This document shows, one piece after another, positions 58,042 through 64,000 of a DNA stretch of 64,000 nt. Position 1 is the stretch's first letter. Each line of letters begins with the position of its first letter. The position numbers and the translations under genes are program-made. This DNA comes from Chrysomallon squamiferum (lineage: Eukaryota > Animalia > Mollusca), in the NCBI GenBank assembly GCA_012295275.1, contig CM022679.1, positions 18,972,001-19,036,000 on the forward strand, in the 5' to 3' direction. Under the pieces are notes generated by a model. The model searched no databases. It saw only the letters and a program-made list of their open reading frames with translations, and was not told the origin of the DNA.

Positions 58042-58137
<96 letters not shown>
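58042..58137. repeat. (GA)n microsatellite
   Basis: Direct reading. Confidence 0.95.
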
Positions 58138-58138
<1 letters not shown>

Positions 58139-60004
58139 GTTATATTCTAGTAGGAATAACGGAATAAAATGAGCATCTTTTCATCGACTAAACAAAATAT
58201 GGCAAAACAGATGACCCATACTGATTAAAATTGACGTGTAATGCGAACATAACAACACATAATCATAAATCTATATTTGAGGACAAGAATACTTGTTTAA
58301 AAGCTTATCTTTCATGTCTTGAAAAGACCAGAGAGGGAAATTATCCTGGTATGTGTAAGTGCTCTTCAGACTCGAAATCAAGGTCCTCTAACATTTTGAG
58401 TTTGGATAACAAGGCGCTAACCTCGCTATATTCTTCAAGCTGAAGAGTGATATTTCATAGCGATTCGTGCGGTAGATGCAAAATGTCCGATAAAGTGATT
58501 GTCCATAACCTTACAACCCTAGAACTGCTAATCTGGATCCAGTTGCTGGAACTTTCCACAAATGGTAGCCAAGATAAATAATGAAAAGGAAGATCCAAAT
58601 ACTTTTCTTTTTTAAATTTAAAGACCAGATAACAAAAAAAACAAAAAGAAACATCAGGTTCGACATTAAACTAATAATAAAGTCTGAATAAAATCTACAC
58701 GGCATAAACATAAAGTTACATTATGTGATATATAGCAACATCTTACAGTATTATATGACAAGTTACACAGAATTTATAAAATAAACATCCAAGCAAACAG
58801 AAAAACAACAAAACAAATCCAATGAAGGGACAAAACTCTTGTTTGTTTCTCATACACAGTCTGGCAGTTTGCAGTGGTATTGGGTAAAAATATTATTACT
58901 CCGAAATATGCAGAAATAGTGCAGATATAATATTAATCTTGTTTTCATCTGTACACCGTGATTAAATAAATAAATAATCTTGTTATCGATATAACGATTA
59001 TGGAAAAATAAATACATGTATGAAAAAAATTAATTCATTTAAAAATGAGGAAATCTTTTTTGGTTGTTTTTAGTTTCATATGTACCTACTGAAGAGTAAA
59101 AAACAACAACATATTTATTTTCTAACACAAAAACTTTTGTTTTCGTACGATTTATTTTCCATAAAAAAGAAGAAGAAAAAAAGGAATGAAGAGATTATTT
59201 GCACGATTTGTTTAAAGGAGTGCTTCTTAAACTATTTCAGTGTTATTCATTCTTCTTATAATTCTGTATATAATTTATTTTGTCATATGAGTAAAGATAT
59301 AAATTAAGTACTTTCTTAAATGTTTATTTTACAGGTTTTTTTTGAGTATCCTAAAAATAGTTAAAAAAATGAAAGAAAAACTTAAGAGTTTTAATATAGT
59401 TAAGGAAAAATAATATTAGAATTTTACATATAGTAAAATGAGTAAATAACTGTTTTAGAACTTAAAATTAGATTCTTAGGAAATATTCTTTGTCTGTCTT
59501 CTTTGAACATTCTCGGTTCACTGAGACTTCGTCTATTCGTCTTAGCCTCTCTTCGCATGGCAGTGAAAAGTGCGATGAGATATTATATTACAGCGAAACT
59601 GGAAAATATCCTGCTAGTTTTAAATTCCGATTCTATAAACAGAGAGAAAAGACCATTGCCAATAAAAGCAATAACAACTTAATAAAGTCGTTACTGACAA
59701 CGCCTTTGCATAGAAGAAAATACAAATATCTGAGAACACTAAGTCAATCACCTTTTATTCACGATTCAAATTTCATTTACTCTAAAATAATTTCATCCAC
59801 CCTTCGATGAACGATTCTCCATTCTAAGAAGCACTACTTTGAATGTCACTAAGCCAGTCTGCATATGTACTTTAACAGTAATTATGGGAATGTTCAGATA
59901 TTGTGTTAGAAATGTTTAAATGAGATTGTAGATTCGCTAATAAAATACATTGCATCAATTAATACATTTGTAAAATGAAGGAATAATCCTTAATAAATGT
60001 TCAG

Positions 60005-60010
60005 TTTATT
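60005..60010 (-). terminator. Candidate polyadenylation signal (AATAAA) for the Nmdar2-like transcript
   Basis: AATAAA on the minus strand ~180 nt after the stop. Alternatives lie at 60165-60170 and 59754-59759. The hexamer is common in AT-rich DNA, so the used site is uncertain. Confidence 0.3.
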
Positions 60011-60188
60011 TAAAACATCGAATAAATACATGTTGTATTATTTGATCAATGTCTCAAAATTACTAGTGTATTTAATTTGTCTAACTGTGTCCATGAAATA
60101 TCTGTATGTGCAGGTACACATTGGAGGAGTCATGTAACAGAATGGGCGAATGCTGTTAAAATGTTTTATTTTGTGCTGATATTAAACA

Positions 60189-60471
60189 TTAAAGAACGCT
60201 TTCCTGTTCGAAATGAATATTCATTAGCGAACGTGTCTGTTCAGTTAATGAACTGTCTCTTCTGTTTCTTCCATAATGAGAGATAGCAGACGTCGTGTTT
60301 AATACTTCTGCTGTTGGCGCAATATATTTAATTTCTCCATTTGTATTGCTTCCAGAACGAAACACAGGTCCGTTTATATTACATGAATGATGGACGACAT
60401 TTGTTCTCCGAGGTCCATATTTCTTCTCCCTTTCCAAGTGATTTAAATACATCTCTGTGGTTTTTAATTGT
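60189..60471 (-). CDS. Nmdar2: GluN2/Nmdar2-like terminal coding exon ending in the class I PDZ ligand ESVL
   Basis: tttcttcag| acceptor in phase 2 continues the frame (I)QLKTTEMYLNHLEREKKYGPRR...HFEQESVL-TAA. An E-S/T-x-V/L terminus is typical of GluN2 subunits. Confidence 0.88.
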
Positions 60472-60779
60472 CTGAAGAAAAGAACGAAATGAAAAGAATA
60501 ATTAAATGATATACTGGAAGCAAAATTAAAGTTTAAATTAAATTTAAAATATGTTATTGCAAACATAATTAATCTTAACGTTAAATAAAACATTACGATA
60601 GTGAAAATAAAATGTATGTTTTAATTAGAGACTCAGTGATGATTAAACAATATATAGTAAACAAAAAATATATATTCTAGAAAAACATACGTCAGCACAA
60701 ATCACTGTTCAATAACAATAATAATAATAAGTATAACAGATATTTAAATAAATAAATAAAAACAAATATTAATATTTAC

Positions 60780-60922
60780 ATAATTTCCTTTCTAAGCTCC
60801 GATATCGTCTGAAAAGCAGATTCAAGATCATTCTGTAACTTCCAGTTTAGGGATGTGCATTTCCTGTTCGAGCAGTGAATAAACGATGTACTATATTCCA
60901 AGGATAAAGATTTACCCATATT
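60780..60922 (-). CDS. Nmdar2: GluN2/Nmdar2-like exon, intracellular C-terminal domain
   Basis: ttttgtttcag|NMGKSLSLEYSTSFIHCSNRKCTSLNWKLQNDLESAFQTISELRKEI|gtaaat. Resembles the protostome Nmdar2 tail motif MGKxL...CxxxxC...WK. 143 bp, phase 0 to 2. Confidence 0.88.
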
Positions 60923-61504
60923 CTGAAACAAAATGAAATAATTCTTTTGCTGTTGATCCCTTTTTGTTTTATTTTGTTTCATAGCGTTTAAACATGGAAT
61001 TATTAAGAACATCAATAACATTAATCAAACCTTGTAGCAGTATTTTGATGTTGCCACATTATACACTCATTATTTCTATTAGCTTAAGGGGCATAACCCC
61101 TGAGATGCTAAATAATAAATTAAGCGGCGATTTTATAAATATCTAAATACAGATCAATGCTGTGCATTTATTTTTGGAGAAAACATCCTGACTGACTGAT
61201 TACTCGTAAAAAACAGTGTCGTAAATACCAAAAATTCGGTTGAATTAATTATTTACCACTGCTGGTATACAAGCGAGTTTGGTGCATAATGTATAATATA
61301 TACATACATAATGCACACATACATCACACACATAATATTATAGACACATTCTAACATAAAGACAAAAATAAATGCAGAAATATATACGCACATTATGTTC
61401 CAGTTTTACATATGCATATTCTTTCACATACAAATCTGAATTTATACAGTGCAGGTATATGCTTTATTATCAAGTGCTATTAAGTAAAAACACTAATACC
61501 CTAC

Positions 61505-61761
61505 CAGGCTGACGAAAGAACAACATCCACATTTATCTGATTTTCTTAGACGATTTCTGCCAACTCGAAAAAATAAATGTTCTAGTGCCATCAGGATGAA
61601 GCCTAATATAATCCCAGTGGCGAGAAATATGAAAGCGCTGGTGAAGTTTCTAATTCCCAGAGTACCGCTCCGAACTCCCTTTCCAAAACTGCTTCTGCTC
61701 TTTTTCTTTGAATTGTGACACGCTCCTGAAAGCCAAAACCTCTGAAGCCTTTCCATTTCTC
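61505..61761 (-). CDS. Nmdar2: GluN2/Nmdar2-like exon, end of S2, M4 helix and juxtamembrane Cys cluster
   Basis: ttaattgtag|(G)EMERLQRFWLSGAC...NFTSAFIFLATGIILGFILMALEHLFFRVGRNRLRKSDKCGCCSFVSL|gtaggg. Shows the WLxGxC and M4-EH motifs. 257 bp, phase 1 to 0. Confidence 0.93.
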
Positions 61762-62167
61762 CTACAATTAAAAATTGATTTCACAATTCCTACCTGTTTT
61801 GACAGTGAAAATAAAAAAAAAAATATTTTTTTTTTTTATATTCTATCTTTTTTTTTTTTTTTTTTTTTTTCGGTTTTGTTTAATCATTTTTTTTCTTAAG
61901 TGTCTCTTTACCAAATTTCTTTACGACTTATTTTTTCATTCATTTAAGATTTCTTTCTTTATCTTAAACAGTATTTACCTGCCTATTAATGATTGTGAAA
62001 AGTCAAAGAACAGACAGATATAAATAAAACTTTTAACTGTACATATCTATGGAAAATTGTGACGATTATTTAAAAACATATAAAAAAAAACGAAAACGTA
62101 GTCAATCTAGATGGGACAAAAATATATGTGGTTTTATTAATTTATTTAGGTAAACATTTTATTTTAC

Positions 62168-62349
62168 CATTTCGGAGTAGATCAAGGATCACCCCATCTA
62201 TTTTATGCTTCCATTTTGAACCGAGAGGAAAAGCGACGCCATAACCTGTTCTTGCAGCCCAGTTCCCAACCGTGATTAGTCGACAATCCTTGTCTTTGCC
62301 TGCCTGATACTCGAGAACTGTTGCGTCATAAATGAAAGCATCGAGTTGT
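62168..62349 (-). CDS. Nmdar2: GluN2/Nmdar2-like exon, S2 lobe
   Basis: ctacccag|(Q)QLDAFIYDATVLEYQAGKDKDCRLITVGNWAARTGYGVAFPLGSKWKHKIDGVILDLLRN(G)|gtaaaa. Carries the GluN2 motifs LDAFIYDA and TGYG. 182 bp, phase 2 to 1. Confidence 0.95.
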
Positions 62350-62740
62350 CTGGGTAGCAAGTAAAAAGGTAGACTCATATACATACGTATACAAATTCGT
62401 ACATATATGTAACGTAAGTGCGAGTAAAACTTAAAATAGTTACGCTCCCTAAAACGTAACCATAACAAGATAAATAACATAAAAGCTGAATATAAAAAGC
62501 ATACGTAATGTATCTGGAATAAGACATAGTTCATAAATAAATAAATGGTGTGAGATAAACTCAGTAAATATATATACACCTCGAACTTAATGAACTAAAT
62601 AAAATTATACTTCAACTGTAATAAGACGAAACCCCATAAATAAAAAACGATAAATATGTATCTTAACAATTTGTCTTTTCGAAAACGAGTATGATAAGCT
62701 GTTTCAGTTACATTATCAAAAAGAGCTGTTTGAGAAGTAA

Positions 62741-62775
<35 letters not shown>

Positions 62776-63012
62776 TTTACATACAGTTAATCTTGAAAAA
62801 ATAATAAATAATGAACATGAATACCAATATAATATTACACACGTTTTCATCAGTCTTTCTTACATTATAACAAAAGTTTGTCTACTGTAAATGACTATAA
62901 TGTTCTGTTTACAAATTTCGTAAAAATAGAGATAATACTAAATGACAATTACTGAATTAATATAAACGAAAAAAACCTGTTAAATGTATGATTATAATGA
63001 AGTAATAGTTAC

Positions 63013-63173
63013 TGTGTTTTGATGGCTTTGACACCCTCTTCTGGTGATGCCTGGTTATATTTCTTCATGTATAAATGCATATTATAATTGTTCCTCTTAA
63101 TGTTTGCTTCCGTGCTGCCTTCGGGAACCGTGCCGAACTTAAAGGCGGGTTTCACTGACAGAGGGTTTTGAAG
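63013..63173 (-). CDS. Nmdar2: GluN2/Nmdar2-like exon, start of the S2 ligand-binding lobe (absent from the ORF track)
   Basis: tgttcag|LQNPLSVKPAFKFGTVPEGSTEANIKRNNYNMHLYMKKYNQASPEEGVKAIKT|gtaact. Matches the GluN2 motif FGTVPxGSTE. 161 bp, phase 0 to 2, fitting both neighbouring exons. Confidence 0.95.
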
Positions 63174-63730
63174 CTGAACATAAACAGTATACAGTTTTCT
63201 GTTTCATCAAGTGCATGTATATGTATATGTATGTGTGTGTATATATATATATGATGTACATATGATTGTTTGTATGCGTTATGTGTGTGTGTTGTGAGTG
63301 TATGTAAATATAATAATAGTGTTAACATTTGTTCTTTCGTTTGCTTAATAATGTAGCCATTAATTTATACACTAAAAGCAATATGATTTTACTTACCTTT
63401 AACTATTTATTATTGCAGTCAGATATCCATGCATCAGTGATGCGTTAATTCACTAAATGACCGAAAGTTTTTACCCAATGATATTTCATTAATAAATTAA
63501 TTTATATATTAATTCCTATATTCCATTTTTCGGTTTTTCACCATGGGATAAACTAGTCGGCATCCTTCTTTACTTTTTTTTTTTAATATTCTCTTATTTT
63601 GTTTCTACCTGATGTCTCCCTTCCCTTATCCACAGACACTTCTTCTTCCTACGGGCATTCACAATTCCACTAATTCATACCACTTTATAATATGTGTCAA
63701 TGTCATTATGAATTATCTACATTTTCATAC

Positions 63731-63951
63731 CCGCCTGTCATGTATGCCTGTCAGGTCGTAATATTCCTCCTTGGTAATCATGAAAGCTGCCAAGTTGGCG
63801 GTGTAGCTGGCGAGGAACACAAGAGCGAACAACGCCCACACATTACCCAGGAAGCGGCTGGCAATTCCTCGTGGAGTGTCCGTGGAAACAGCAGCACCTA
63901 GCAGCAGAGCCCAAATCATCCAGAACGAGCGAAACAGTGAAAACTTGTGAT
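63731..63951 (-). CDS. Nmdar2: NMDA receptor GluN2/Nmdar2-like subunit, exon encoding the M2 pore loop and M3 (upstream exons lie beyond the right edge)
   Basis: Translates to (D)HKFSLFRSFWMIWALLLGAAVSTDTPRGIASRFLGNVWALFALVFLASYTANLAAFMITKEEYYDLTGIHDRR, containing the iGluR gate motif SYTANLAAF followed by MI as in GluN2. Acceptor tgtttcag| (phase 1) and donor |gtatga (phase 0). Confidence 0.95.
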
Positions 63952-64000
63952 CTGAAACATTACCGGGAATAATAATGACTGAAGCCATCTTTCAAAACGA

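Noticed and set aside
63692-63901. Plus-strand 69-aa ORF
   Set aside because: Antisense shadow of the M2-M3 coding exon.
63952-63988. ATG start MASVIIIPGNVS of the ORF-track call
   Set aside because: Intronic: a good acceptor lies at 63952-63953, and the receptor needs upstream ATD, S1 and M1 exons.

Overview
AT-rich, microsatellite-dense eukaryotic (animal) genomic DNA, most likely a mollusc. That assignment is inferred from the invertebrate-type receptor sequence and from decayed tRNA-SINE relics. The only confidently coding content is at the right end: the last six coding exons (60189-63951, minus strand) of an invertebrate NMDA receptor GluN2/Nmdar2-type subunit. They cover the M2 pore loop, M3 SYTANLAAF, S2 lobe, M4 and a short C-tail ending in the PDZ ligand ESVL; all splice phases chain correctly, and the 5' part of the gene lies beyond the window. 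The subunit has Gly at the pore Q/R/N site. The remaining ~60 kb is non-coding. It holds a candidate TATA promoter and first exon of a second minus-strand gene (~11.5 kb), several CpG-richer enhancer/promoter-like islands, a near-perfect 250-bp foldback palindrome, a 28-bp degenerate array, a recent tandem duplication, old SINE fragments, and a 25-nt motif shared between the receptor 3' UTR and a site 5.1 kb away. Nearly all other ORFs in the track are microsatellite artefacts. I found no convincing evidence of a wholly new multi-gene system.
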